NCBI GenBank assembly: GCA_963814955.1
Contig: CAWFEX010000013.1
Location: 245,921 to 309,920 of the forward strand
Source: an uncultured Acidobacteriota bacterium
GTDB lineage: Bacteria > Acidobacteriota > Vicinamibacteria > Vicinamibacterales > UBA2999
Length of the DNA: 64,000 nucleotides
Direction: 5' to 3'
How positions within the stretch are numbered: the stretch's first letter is position 1; each line of letters opens with the position of its first letter. The notes under the pieces were generated by a model. That model saw only the letters and a program-made list of their open reading frames with translations, was not told where the DNA came from and did not search any database. Below, one piece after another: positions 8,316-17,930 of the stretch. Both the position numbers and the translations under genes were made by a program.

Positions 8316-9609
8316 ATGAAAGCACGAACGATCAACATTGTGGCTGTATCCATTGCTGTATTGGCGGTCGCCCTCCTGATCAACGACCGGCGGGGACCTG
8401 TCGAGGGACAGCAGACGAGGACGCCCGGCGGGGGCTTTGCCGCCGTCACCGGACTCAAGGGCGGGCAGGACGTATTCGGTCCGTACGATCCGGTTCAGAA
8501 CTGGCCACGGCCGCTCGGGGAGAGTCTGCCCAACCACGAGGCCTGGACCTGGTCGCAGGCCACCGATGTGTTTGCCGAAAGCCCCGACCGCGTCATCGTT
8601 GCGCAGAAGGGCGAGCTCCCTGTGCTGCCAAGCGGGCGCGGACGCGGAACGACCTGGCTGCCGCAGCTGGGCCCCAGCATCAAGTTCCCCGTCGGCGGTG
8701 GCGTGCCGGTGCGCGAGGCCGCCAGCGCCACTCCGAGCTCGGGCAAGGCCGCACCCGATGGGAGCGACGGCCGGCCGGGCGTCGACTGGCGGTGGGAGCA
8801 CGTCATCGCGGTCTTCGATCGCAACGGCAAGATGACCGAAGACTGGTCGCAGTGGGACAAGATCTGGGGGCGGCCGCATGATGTGGAGATCAGCCCGTAC
8901 GATCCGGAAAAGCACATCTGGATCGTGGACGCCGACAACCACTTCGTCGCCAAATTCACCAACGATGGGAAGAAGCAGCTGCTGTTGCTGGGGACGCCTG
9001 GTGTGCCGGGCAACGACGACACGCATTTCGCGCGGCCGACGTTCATGGCCTTCATGGACGCCAACACCTGGTATCTGGCCGACGGCTACGACAACACGCG
9101 CGTCATCAAGTACGACATGAACGGGAAAAAGCTTCTGCAGTGGGGGATGAAAGGGGAGCAGCCGAACGAACGGCGTCCCGGCTACTTCAACAGCGTCCAT
9201 GGCATTGCCGTCAACCCGAAGACGCGTCAGGTTTACGTGAACGACCGCAACAACGGCCGGCTTCAGGTGTTCGACGAGAATGGCAAGTTCCTGGATCAGT
9301 GGGATTTCGGTCCGCGGCCGCCCATGAACATCCACAGCATCACGCATGGGCAGCGACGGCGTGCTCTGGGCCGCCGATCAGGGGTCGCACAAGCTCCTCG
9401 GCTACGACGCCAAAGGGAACTTCCTGTATTCATGGGGAACGTTCGGCACGTGCCAGGGCTGTATGTGGGGCGTGCACGGGTTCGCCACCGACAAGGACGG
9501 CAATCTCTACACCGCCGAGGTCAGAACCGGCCGTGTCCAGAAGTACGCCCCGCGAAAGGGCGCCAACGCCGCGTTCCTCGTGGGCAAGCCCTGGCCGGGG
9601 GTCTGGTAG
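8316..9609 (+). pseudogene. NHL-repeat beta-propeller protein, reading frame broken near 9345 (pseudogene or indel error)
   Basis: GGAGG upstream of ATG 8316 and a signal peptide. Blade-like repeats (HGIAVNPKTRQVYVNDRNNGRLQVFDENGKFL; GVHGFATDKDGNLYTAEVRTGRVQKY). Frame 3 is sensible to 9344; the protein continues in frame 1 from 9346 (MGSDGVLWAADQGSHKLLGYD). Confidence 0.65.
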
Positions 9610-9623
9610 ACACCCTGCGATTA

Positions 9624-9658
9624 GAACCGGTTTCGTCACCTACGTGATGAAACCGGTC
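9624..9658. terminator. hairpin between convergent genes (possible bidirectional terminator)
   Basis: GAACCGGTTTCGTCAC-CTAC-GTGATGAAACCGGTC lies 15 nt after the NHL gene stop and 24 nt before the stop of the minus-strand gene. No U-tract. Confidence 0.4.
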
Positions 9659-9681
9659 CTGATCACTCGTCGCTCGATACG

Positions 9682-10059
9682 CTACCGCCGTTTGGCCGCT
9701 TCGTAAATACTCGCCGACCCGCCGCCTATCGCGGCGCCGATCAGCGCGCCCTTCGTGCCTTTGAGCGCTCCACCGATTCCGGCGCCGGTCGCGGCCGCGC
9801 CGCCGATCATCAGAGCCGTCTTTGTTTTCGACCGCTCCGGAACACGCTCGACCGACTGCGCCGCCGAACGCCGCGCAACCGAGCGATTGGTCCCGTACAC
9901 CGCCGGTCGCGCCCGGCCGTAGTCGTCGTAGACCGCCCTTTGCGTCGATGATTCGTTGCAGCGGGCTGCGTAGCTTTGTGCCGAACCAACCGCCGGCATG
10001 GCCAGCATGCCCAAGGTGACGACGGCGACGGCAATTGGCTTCAGTATCTTCCCAACCAT
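9682..10059 (-). CDS. small secreted glycine-zipper protein
   Basis: GAGGAG upstream of ATG 10059. Signal MVGKILKPIAVAVVTLGMLAMPAVGSA. C-terminal GGAAATGAGIGGALKGTKGALIGAAIGGG glycine zipper. Confidence 0.65.
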   Translation of the reverse strand: MVGKILKPIAVAVVTLGMLAMPAVGSAQSYAARCNESSTQRAVYDDYGRARPAVYGTNRSVARRSAAQSVERVPERSKTKTALMIGGAAATGAGIGGALKGTKGALIGAAIGGGSASIYEAAKRR

Positions 10060-10278
10060 GGCATCCACTCCTCGCGCGGGAGCGGCGAACGCTCCAATCG
10101 CGCCTGACGCAGACGCAGCATCTGCAGCGGTGCGCTCAAAGAAAGTGCCAGCCTTGAACTGAACCGGACCATTCACCGATCGCGCATTTTGCGAAACTCC
10201 GCTCGAGTCCGTCCTCGCGGAGCGAATACAGCTGAGCCCGCGTGGGGACGCGTGTCGCGCGGCAATGTGCGGCATGGC

Positions 10279-11475
10279 GTGAAGACGATCGGATGCGATA
10301 CTGAGTGCATCATCACCTCGCGAATTCTTCTCGCTCTCATATCGACAACGCTGGCGGCAGGTTGTGTGCGTGCACACGCTGTCGTTTCGCTGGAGGCTTA
10401 CCCGGCGACCTGTCGAGGCCTCGTCGCCGAATCTGGAGCCACCGATCCGATTCGGATGGCGTGGCACGAGCTGGATGATTCGGCCGGTCGCCTGGCGATG
10501 GCCAGGTCGTGCGGCGCCGTTGGGCCGGCCGTATACCTTCCGCCTGTACGGAACGACGGGCTCTCTCAGGATGCAATCGATAAGCTCGTCATCCTGAGTT
10601 GGAACGTCCACGTCGGAGGAGGAGATGTCGCGGCAATTGTCCGGGCCCTCCGCGAGGGAAACCTGACAGGCGGTGAGCCGGTCGGCAATTTCATCGTGCT
10701 GTTGCAAGAGGCATTTCGCGCCGGCACTGCGGTGCCGAATTCGCCGGTGAACGGAGCCTCGATCCCGCGGCGTATCGAAGAGTTTCCTCCCGATGGACTG
10801 CGGCGCGACATCCTGCAAAGTGCGCGCGAGCTGGGCCTCGGCGTCTTCTATGTGCCATCGATGCGCAATGGATCGCACCGGGGGGTGGCCGCCGAGGATC
10901 GCGGCAACGCAATTCTCTCGACGCTCCCCCTCTCGGACCTCACGGGCATCGAGCTGCCGTTCGAGCGCCAGCGTCGCATTGCCGCGTCGGCGACGGTGTC
11001 AGGTGTCGATACGGCCGGCAATCCCTGGCAGCTGCGACTCGTCACCGCACATCTCAACGCGACGGCAAGCATGAAACGCCTGTGGGTCTTTTCCGCGGGC
11101 GTTCGGGAGCGGCAGGCCAGACATCTGGCCGGGGTGCTTGCGCGCGCCGACGTCCCGACGGTCGTCGGCTCTGATTTGAATTCGTGGGCGGGCGGGCCCT
11201 CAGAGCCGGCTTACTCAGAGCTCCGCGCTCATTTTCCCCAGACACCCGCGCTCGGCGGTGAGCCGACATTCCGTGGCGGCAGGATGCTCGACTTCGTGTT
11301 CCTCCGCGTACCGCCAGTCTGGGCGGGACAGCTCCAGACGCTGAGTAGCTTTTTTGGATCCGATCACCGCCCGCTGATCGGGTGGATTCAGTTTCGGCCC
11401 GCTCCCGTTTGCAGCCGCTTGAGCGCGGACTGCACGGCGTCGCGCAGCGAACCCGAATCCTTCGACAACTCCTGA
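10279..11475 (+). CDS. endonuclease/exonuclease/phosphatase (EEP) family lipoprotein
   Basis: Lipobox LAAGC after a GTG start (10279 or 10267; start uncertain). EEP motifs LVILSWNVHVGGG and FFGSDHRPL. Confidence 0.75.
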   Translation: MKTIGCDTECIITSRILLALISTTLAAGCVRAHAVVSLEAYPATCRGLVAESGATDPIRMAWHELDDSAGRLAMARSCGAVGPAVYLPPVRNDGLSQDAIDKLVILSWNVHVGGGDVAAIVRALREGNLTGGEPVGNFIVLLQEAFRAGTAVPNSPVNGASIPRRIEEFPPDGLRRDILQSARELGLGVFYVPSMRNGSHRGVAAEDRGNAILSTLPLSDLTGIELPFERQRRIAASATVSGVDTAGNPWQLRLVTAHLNATASMKRLWVFSAGVRERQARHLAGVLARADVPTVVGSDLNSWAGGPSEPAYSELRAHFPQTPALGGEPTFRGGRMLDFVFLRVPPVWAGQLQTLSSFFGSDHRPLIGWIQFRPAPVCSRLSADCTASRSEPESFDNS

Positions 11476-12962
11476 TCGAGCTTGCGCAGCTCGTCCATCG
11501 CCTGGTCCATGCGGCCGGCGCCTGCGTGCAGCAGGGCCACGTAGTATCGAATCGTGCGGCGCCGCGACTCGTCGTTCCCCGCGTACTCGTTGAACGCCCA
11601 GCCGAGCGTACCAATGTGATCGTCGGGAGGCAGCGCACTGAGCAACGCCTGCCGATCTTTTTCATGACCGCTGAGCGTCGCAAAGTAATACGGACCCCAG
11701 AGCGCCTGAGCCTGTGCCATGCTCAACTTCTGACTCTCCCGCCTCATGGCGTCGGCGACCCGCACTCGCTCGACAACAGATTCCGGCGTGTTGGTGTTGC
11801 CGTATGCGGACCATTGCAGCGTGCGAACGCTATCGACCGCGCGTCCTGCTCGAAGGGCCGTGTCGAACAGTTTCGCCGCTCGAGCGACATCGTCATCCTG
11901 GAAAAGAATCCAGTGGGCGAGCATTGCATTCGCGTAAGGATTCCCCGGATCGATGGCCAGGGCCTCTTCGTACCATTCAGCCGGGTTCAGTTGCCGATTC
12001 CCGTCGCGCCACATCAGGAAACTGGCCCAGCCAGAGTGGGCCAGCAAGTCGGCCCGGCGCGCGCCGGTGGCCGAGGGGAGCGCCGCGTCCACCACGGCGA
12101 GGCCCGGCTTGATCGCTTCGCCAAACGAGGACTTGCCGCCTTCCACGCGGACGTTGCGAATCCAGTCCATCGCGGCGTCTTCCTGTGCCTGTTGAACCGC
12201 TTCTGAAGCCGGGGCCAGTTCTTTCGCTCGCGCCAGCGTGGACAGCGCCTCGACGGATTGGCTGCGCCGACGCTGCGCCGATGCCTCGGCCAACAGAGCT
12301 TCGACCTGGCGCATCTGATCGGACGTCAGCTCCGTCGGCCGGTCGCTGGGGCCCGTTGACGCGGTCGCAGACTCGCCGTCGCCTGCGCGCAGAACGAGGT
12401 AAGCCGCAAGTCCGAGTGCGAGAACGGCCACGAGCGCCGCTGCTGGCCACCAGCGCCGCAGTAGCAACCGCCATGCGGGTTCGCCTTCGATCATGGCTGC
12501 CAGGCGATCGCACAGCCGTTCCGCGTCGTCATGGAACTCCGCGTGATCGAGCGCGGCGAGCTGCCGGTTGCCCAGCGGCGCAAGCGATGCCGGCAAGTCT
12601 TCCTTCTTCGGCATCGACGCGCCCTGGACGAGCACCGGTACAACCGGGATGCTGCGGCTCAGAGCGGTCTCGACCTCCAGACGAACGAAGTCGCCGGGAT
12701 CGTCGAGTCGGCGGGTACCGTCGGCAGCGCGCAGAGACGTCCATCGTGGTCCGATCACGACGAGCATCGCGGCGGTCTGTCGCAGCGAGGCCTGCAATAC
12801 CTCGACGAAGTCGGTGCCCGGGTCGATGGTCTCGATGTCGAGGAACACGCGATCGGCGCCGAACCGCCGGTGCAGGTGGTCGGCGAGCCGGCCGGCGTCA
12901 CCGGATGCGTCCTCCCGCCGGTAGCTCACAAAGATGCGATTTGAAGTGGCGGTCCGCGGCAC
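11388..12962 (-). CDS. TIR domain - single TM - helical-repeat (TPR-like) protein
   Basis: N-terminal TIR_2-type signature RIFVSYRREDASGDAGRLADHL...VFLD...LVVIGPRW...FVRLEVE. TM segment WWPAAALVAVLALGLAAYLVL (12390-12452). Alpha-helical C-terminal region of about 330 aa. The GTG 12962 start is provisional. Confidence 0.75.
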   Translation of the reverse strand: MPRTATSNRIFVSYRREDASGDAGRLADHLHRRFGADRVFLDIETIDPGTDFVEVLQASLRQTAAMLVVIGPRWTSLRAADGTRRLDDPGDFVRLEVETALSRSIPVVPVLVQGASMPKKEDLPASLAPLGNRQLAALDHAEFHDDAERLCDRLAAMIEGEPAWRLLLRRWWPAAALVAVLALGLAAYLVLRAGDGESATASTGPSDRPTELTSDQMRQVEALLAEASAQRRRSQSVEALSTLARAKELAPASEAVQQAQEDAAMDWIRNVRVEGGKSSFGEAIKPGLAVVDAALPSATGARRADLLAHSGWASFLMWRDGNRQLNPAEWYEEALAIDPGNPYANAMLAHWILFQDDDVARAAKLFDTALRAGRAVDSVRTLQWSAYGNTNTPESVVERVRVADAMRRESQKLSMAQAQALWGPYYFATLSGHEKDRQALLSALPPDDHIGTLGWAFNEYAGNDESRRRTIRYYVALLHAGAGRMDQAMDELRKLDQELSKDSGSLRDAVQSALKRLQTGAGRN

Positions 12963-12982
12963 GTGCTCGATGATACGCGGAA

Positions 12983-13063
12983 CCACGAAGGACACGAAGA
13001 TCGCGAAGACACGAGGGTCAGGAATCGGATCCGAGTGATTCGTGACCTTCGTGTCCTTCGTGG
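12983..13063. repeat. perfect 17-bp inverted repeat hairpin (likely terminator of 13073..14104)
   Basis: CCACGAAGGACACGAAG (12983-12999) and CTTCGTGTCCTTCGTGG (13047-13063). It starts 10 nt past the stop of the upstream minus-strand gene. The arm is itself a duplicated ACGAAGGAC word. Confidence 0.7.
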
Positions 13064-13072
13064 TTTCCGGCT

Positions 13073-14104
13073 CTAATTGGTTCGCGTGGCGTCGGTACGT
13101 GGCGTTCCGTTGATGACGCTGTAGACCTGCTCGATGTGCACGGTCCGGTGCGTATCCCATCGCTCGAAACCTTTATATGCATCGAGCGTGAGGGTCTTCT
13201 GAATGTCTGCCAGACTGCGGCCCGCTCCGATTCCTGCGGCGACGCCCTTCGACAATTCCTCGAGGTACTGGAGCGACATCGCGGCGTCCTTCTTCGTTCC
13301 CATCAGCGCGTGTCCGGTCGCGGCGTGATCGAAGTCGAGCGCCATGATCGTGCGCAGTGCGTCGATATATGCGCCGACCGTCGGCGTGATGTTCTGCGGC
13401 AGGCGCTTGACCTGCAGCACGTCGGCGCTGAACACCGTTCGCTCGTCCGGGAAATAGAGCGCGGTGCTGTCGTCGGTGTGCGCGACGCCGAGGGGCACCA
13501 TGATGACGCGCTTGCCGCCGAGCGTCACCGTGTGGCGGTCGCGGAACGTCGTGCTCGGGAGGAACACGTCGTTCACCGAACCGCGAATCAGCTCGGCCGC
13601 ACTGAGGATGCCGTTCCGGTTCTCGTCGAACAGGTCGAAGCGCTCCGCCGTTGCGCCGGTGGCCTCACTGCGCTCGACAACGCCGTTGCGGTTGGCGTCC
13701 ATCTTGACGCCATCAGCCGGTAGTGGCGGGTTCCCTGGAGGAAGTGCCACGCCCGCCCGCATGTTGGCGTGACCGACGAACTCGGCGGTATCCGCAAAGA
13801 CGACGCCTCCGGACGCATGGTCCCAGTCCTTGTGTGTGTAAAGGACGTAGCGGACCGGCACCTTGAAGCGGGTGGCGAACTCCGCCTTGAGCCAGCGGGC
13901 GAAGTCGCGATTGATCGGGTCGGACATGATGATGCCTTCGGGCGTCACCAGGAATACGGTGTAGTGGTTGTCGTTCTGGGCCCGGTACAGCTGGCCCGTA
14001 ATGTTCACGATGCCGCGTGGTGGCGATTTCTGTTGTGCCATGGCGCTCGTCGCGACACCCGACATCACAGTAATAACGAGGATAGAGGTCAGAATCCTTC
14101 TCAT
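13073..14104 (-). CDS. secreted MBL-fold hydrolase carrying an EF-hand pair
   Basis: Signal MRRILTSILVITVMSGVATSAMAQQ. MBL-like motif YTHKDWDHASGG. Two canonical 12-residue Ca-binding loops, DANRNGVVERSE and DENRNGILSAAE. Confidence 0.75.
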   Translation of the reverse strand: MRRILTSILVITVMSGVATSAMAQQKSPPRGIVNITGQLYRAQNDNHYTVFLVTPEGIIMSDPINRDFARWLKAEFATRFKVPVRYVLYTHKDWDHASGGVVFADTAEFVGHANMRAGVALPPGNPPLPADGVKMDANRNGVVERSEATGATAERFDLFDENRNGILSAAELIRGSVNDVFLPSTTFRDRHTVTLGGKRVIMVPLGVAHTDDSTALYFPDERTVFSADVLQVKRLPQNITPTVGAYIDALRTIMALDFDHAATGHALMGTKKDAAMSLQYLEELSKGVAAGIGAGRSLADIQKTLTLDAYKGFERWDTHRTVHIEQVYSVINGTPRTDATRTN

Positions 14105-14182
14105 GATGATCTCCTTGCGGCGCTTAGCCTACTCCAATATGGCGGGTTCGGCGAAGGAGAAGGTGGGCGGTATCATCAACTC

Positions 14183-15967
14183 ATGAAGCTCCTTGTCGCG
14201 TATCTCGCTGACTACTGGCGGCTTGTCGTGCTCGCCCTGGTTCTTGCGGCGATCAACCAGGTCTTCTCGCTCCTCGACCCGCTGATCTTCCGGTACGTCA
14301 TCGACGAGTACGCGACGCGCTTCTCGGAATACTCGACGGAAGAGTTCTTTCGCGGCGTGAGCGTGCTGCTGGCCGCGGCCGTCGGAGTCGCGTTCGTCTC
14401 GCGCGTGGCGAAGAACTTCCAGGACTACTTCATCAACGTGATTACCCAGCGCCTTGGTGCGCGACTGTACTCGGACGGCATCCGCCATTCGCTCGAGCTC
14501 CCGTATACGGTGTTCGAAGATCAGCGCAGCGGCGAGACGCTCGGCAAGTTACAGAAAGTGCGCAGCGACGTCGAGAAGCTGATTACCGCCTCGATCAACA
14601 CGCTGTTCACGTCCCTGGTCGGCATTGTCTTCGTGATGATCTACGCCTGGAGCGTCCATTGGCTGATCGCGCCGATTTACTTTCTCACGGTGCCGGCGCT
14701 CGGGATTCTGAGCTCGGTGCTCAGCAAGAAGATCAAGGTGATTCAGAAAACGATCGTGGCCGAGACCACGGCTCTTGCCGGCGCCACCACGGAATCATTG
14801 CGGAACATCGAGTTGGTGAAGAGTCTGGGTCTGGCGTCGCAGGAAATCGCGCGGCTGAACAGCACGACTGACAAGATCCTCCGCCTGGAGCTGAAGAAGG
14901 TCCGCTACATCCGCAGCCTCAGCTTCGTTCAGGGCACCGTCGTCAATGCGCTGCGCACGAGCATCATGTTCCTGATGCTGTATCTCATTTACGTCCAGGC
15001 CATCACGGTCGGGCAGTTCTTTTCGCTCTTCATCTACTCCTTCTTCATCTTCGGGCCGCTTCAGGAGCTCGGGAACATCATCAACATTTACCGGGAGGCG
15101 GAGGTATCGCTGAAGAATTTCGAAGACATCCTCCAGATGAAGAAGGAGCCGCGGCCGCTCAACCCGGTGCCGCTGGGCGATCTGCAGCGTCTGGCTTTCA
15201 GCCATGTGAGCTTCAAGCATCAGACCGCTTCGTCACCGGCGCTGACCGACATCTCTTTCACCGTCAAGCGCGGTGACACAATTGCCTTCGTCGGCCCTTC
15301 CGGCGCCGGAAAGACGACGCTGGTCAAGCTGCTCGTGGGACTGTATCGCCCCGAAACGGGCGAGATTCTCTACAACGGCCACCCCGCATCGGAGGTGGAT
15401 CTCAATGAGCTGCGCGAGCAAATCGGCTTCGTGACACAGGACACGCAGCTGTTTTCCGGCACGATTCGCGAGAACCTCCTGTTCGTCAACCCGGCCGCCA
15501 CGGATGCGGAATGTCTCGACGTGCTGCACAAATCGTCGTGCGACAGCCTGCTGGCGCGCGCATCGCAGGGCCTGGATACGGTGATTGGCGAGGGTGGCGT
15601 CAAGGTGTCCGGGGGTGAAAAGCAGCGGCTGTCGATTGCCCGCGCGCTCCTGCGCCGGCCGCACCTTCTGGTCTTCGACGAGGCGACGTCCTCTCTGGAT
15701 TCGTTGACCGAGACGGAGATCGGCCAGACGATCCGTGAGGTCGGGACGAGTCAGGACGTGATGACCATTCTCATCGCTCACCGGCTGTCGACGATCATGC
15801 ACGCGGACCGTATTCATGTGCTCGAGCGGGGCAGCATCATCGAGTCGGGCACGCACGCGCAACTGCTGGACGAGAAGGGACTGTATTACGCGATGTGGCG
15901 GCAGCAGATTGGCGAGAAGCGAACGACGCCGGTCACCGCGGCCCCGCCCAGGCTTGCGCTGGTGTGA
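14183..15967 (+). CDS. ABC transporter ATP-binding/permease protein (exporter type)
   Basis: ATG 14183. Six-TM domain, then Walker A GPSGAGKTT, signature VSGGEKQR and Walker B LLVFDEATS. Confidence 0.9.
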   Translation: MKLLVAYLADYWRLVVLALVLAAINQVFSLLDPLIFRYVIDEYATRFSEYSTEEFFRGVSVLLAAAVGVAFVSRVAKNFQDYFINVITQRLGARLYSDGIRHSLELPYTVFEDQRSGETLGKLQKVRSDVEKLITASINTLFTSLVGIVFVMIYAWSVHWLIAPIYFLTVPALGILSSVLSKKIKVIQKTIVAETTALAGATTESLRNIELVKSLGLASQEIARLNSTTDKILRLELKKVRYIRSLSFVQGTVVNALRTSIMFLMLYLIYVQAITVGQFFSLFIYSFFIFGPLQELGNIINIYREAEVSLKNFEDILQMKKEPRPLNPVPLGDLQRLAFSHVSFKHQTASSPALTDISFTVKRGDTIAFVGPSGAGKTTLVKLLVGLYRPETGEILYNGHPASEVDLNELREQIGFVTQDTQLFSGTIRENLLFVNPAATDAECLDVLHKSSCDSLLARASQGLDTVIGEGGVKVSGGEKQRLSIARALLRRPHLLVFDEATSSLDSLTETEIGQTIREVGTSQDVMTILIAHRLSTIMHADRIHVLERGSIIESGTHAQLLDEKGLYYAMWRQQIGEKRTTPVTAAPPRLALV

Positions 15968-15969
15968 CG

Positions 15970-17229
15970 TTAATTGATCGACGGCGTCAGCCTCGATTCA
16001 CCGGGCTGTGCCGGACTGGAACTGGCGATGATGGACATCCAGCCGCGAACCGCCAACGGAATGAAATACACGTCGAACGGCACTCTGAATCTGATCTCGC
16101 TCTTGAACACATAGACACAGATGAAGAGGCCGAGGATCGGCGCGCCCCAGACAAGGAAAAGGTCGTAGCGGCGATTGCTTGCAGGCCAGCACGATCGCAG
16201 ACAGACGAGGAGCCCGGCGACGAGGGCAATTGAGAAGAAGAGCTCGTACAGCCGGATGATCGGCCTCACCGAGAGCTGGTCCAGCGGCCACGAGAAGTTC
16301 CCAACGAAGAGAAAGGGGATGTTCTCGAGCGACTGAACCAGTACGAACGGGTCGTTTCGAATGCAGCGCAGTCCTTCTCTCATGAAATACGCCGAATCGA
16401 TGAACGGCCGATCCCATTCCTTGCGCTGGAACATGTCCAATTGAGAGTAGAGAGGGGAGAACCACTGATTTCCCGCCGAGTCCCTATTGACCTTCGAGGG
16501 ACATTTCCCTTCTATGAAGTTGAGTCCGCCAGCGGAGGCGGTGAGCTGAAAGATGCCGATGGTCCGGTAGGCGAGCGTTCCATGAAGAACCAGTCCGGCG
16601 CCGATCACAGCGACGATCGGCGCAACCACTTTGAGCGCGGCGGACCACGGCTGGCGCTTCCAGTGGAGGATGCCGAGCACGAACAGCGGTGCCAGAAACA
16701 CGTGCGTGCTCTTGATCCACATGGCCGCGATGAACACGACGCCCCAGGCAGCCGACCATGCGTACGACGGTCGCTCCACAACTTTCAGGCTCACCCACAG
16801 CAGCAGTGACAAAAGGAAGGTAAACGTGTTTTCAGAAATCGCAAACAGGTTGAACCCGAGCCACTGTACGTGAAAGGTTCCCACCACCAGCGCCGCGAAA
16901 CCGACGCGCGGGCCGAAACTCTTTTCCGCGGCTTTCCACATGAACCACAACGACGCCGCGCCGATGATGGATTGATAGATGGCCAACGCCTGGGTCCAGT
17001 TCCTGAACGCCAGCTTGAAAAAAGCCACGACGAACGGAAACCCAATCGGCTGAAAGAAATGCGTCGGGAGCCAGGTGCCGGTCAGGAGGTCTTCGGCGAT
17101 ATTCGAATAGTTCCCCATGTCCGAGAACAGCCGGTTCGACAGCGGATACAGGTACGCGGACGCCGCCCGGATGATGAACGCCACGGCAAGAATTGCGTAG
17201 CCTGCGCGCTTCATGAGACTAGAATTCAT
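15970..17229 (-). CDS. polytopic membrane protein, GT-C (ArnT/PMT-like) glycosyltransferase fold suspected
   Basis: About 11 predicted TM segments. The first loop, LFSDMGNYSNIAEDLLTGTWLP...QPIGFPF, resembles the acidic first-loop motif of GT39/GT83 enzymes. Confidence 0.5.
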   Translation of the reverse strand: MNSSLMKRAGYAILAVAFIIRAASAYLYPLSNRLFSDMGNYSNIAEDLLTGTWLPTHFFQPIGFPFVVAFFKLAFRNWTQALAIYQSIIGAASLWFMWKAAEKSFGPRVGFAALVVGTFHVQWLGFNLFAISENTFTFLLSLLLWVSLKVVERPSYAWSAAWGVVFIAAMWIKSTHVFLAPLFVLGILHWKRQPWSAALKVVAPIVAVIGAGLVLHGTLAYRTIGIFQLTASAGGLNFIEGKCPSKVNRDSAGNQWFSPLYSQLDMFQRKEWDRPFIDSAYFMREGLRCIRNDPFVLVQSLENIPFLFVGNFSWPLDQLSVRPIIRLYELFFSIALVAGLLVCLRSCWPASNRRYDLFLVWGAPILGLFICVYVFKSEIRFRVPFDVYFIPLAVRGWMSIIASSSPAQPGESRLTPSIN

Positions 17230-17317
17230 CCAGTTATTGACGTTAGCTCAGGTTGGGCCGCATATAATCGGCGAAATCGCAGCGAACGTTCGAGACCGCG
17301 GAAAAATGGAGGTCACC

Positions 17318-17905
17318 ATGAAGGACATCGTCACGGTTGCGTTGATTGTGCTGGCCACTTCGAGCGGCGTGCTGGCGCAGGAGGGCCGCGGTAGCGCGCC
17401 GCCCCCGCCGCCTTTGCAGCCAGGGGCATCGCAGGCCGACGTGGACGTGGCTCTGCTTGCCGCACCCGCGAATCTCCGCGACCAGGCCACCGTCATCAAG
17501 TGGAAGCCCGACTTCACCTACGACACACTGAGGAAAGGGACGAATCGTCTCGTGTGCTACAACCGGTCGGGACAGGCCGGACAGCAGCCGTTCTCAATTG
17601 AGTGCACGAGCATCGGGAACGTGGAGCGGGTGACGCAGAACATGAAGCTCGAAGCGATGGGCGACAAGAAGCAGGCAATGCTTGATGCCGCCGAAAAGGA
17701 CGGCACTCGCGTCAAACCCGAGTACGGGTCGATCTTCTACAACCTGTCCGGTCCGGACCGGGAGCGCGCGCGGGCGCACATGACCGTCGCGATACCCGGT
17801 GCCACAACGCAGTCCACAGGACTGCCCGATAACAACAAGCAGGGCGGCGCCTGGATCATGAATGCCGGCACGTCGACTGCGCACATCATGGTGCCAGGGC
17901 ACTAG
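17318..17905 (+). CDS. secreted hypothetical protein
   Basis: GGAGG 6 nt upstream of ATG 17318. Signal MKDIVTVALIVLATSSGVLAQ. No recognisable motif. Confidence 0.6.
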   Translation: MKDIVTVALIVLATSSGVLAQEGRGSAPPPPPLQPGASQADVDVALLAAPANLRDQATVIKWKPDFTYDTLRKGTNRLVCYNRSGQAGQQPFSIECTSIGNVERVTQNMKLEAMGDKKQAMLDAAEKDGTRVKPEYGSIFYNLSGPDRERARAHMTVAIPGATTQSTGLPDNNKQGGAWIMNAGTSTAHIMVPGH

Positions 17906-17930
17906 CTCAAATTGCCTGGAACCCATTTCC

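Noticed and set aside
8205-9347. 380-aa minus-strand ORF overlapping the NHL gene
   Set aside because: Low-complexity Arg/Pro/Val-rich translation. The plus strand has a signal peptide, an RBS and propeller repeats.
11388-11475. 88-nt convergent overlap of the EEP and TIR genes (and 62 nt for tag / CHASE2 at 24517-24578)
   Set aside because: The tails are probably non-conserved extensions to chance stop codons in GC-rich sequence. There is no evidence of functional significance.
11388-12962. TIR genes (also 29356-31002) considered as part of a known anti-phage system (Thoeris, CBASS, Pycsar, TIR-Argonaute, AVAST-like)
   Set aside because: No ThsA/SIR2, cyclase, effector, Argonaute or STAND NTPase gene is adjacent. 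Neighbours are housekeeping-type or unknown genes. The membrane-receptor architecture differs from those systems.
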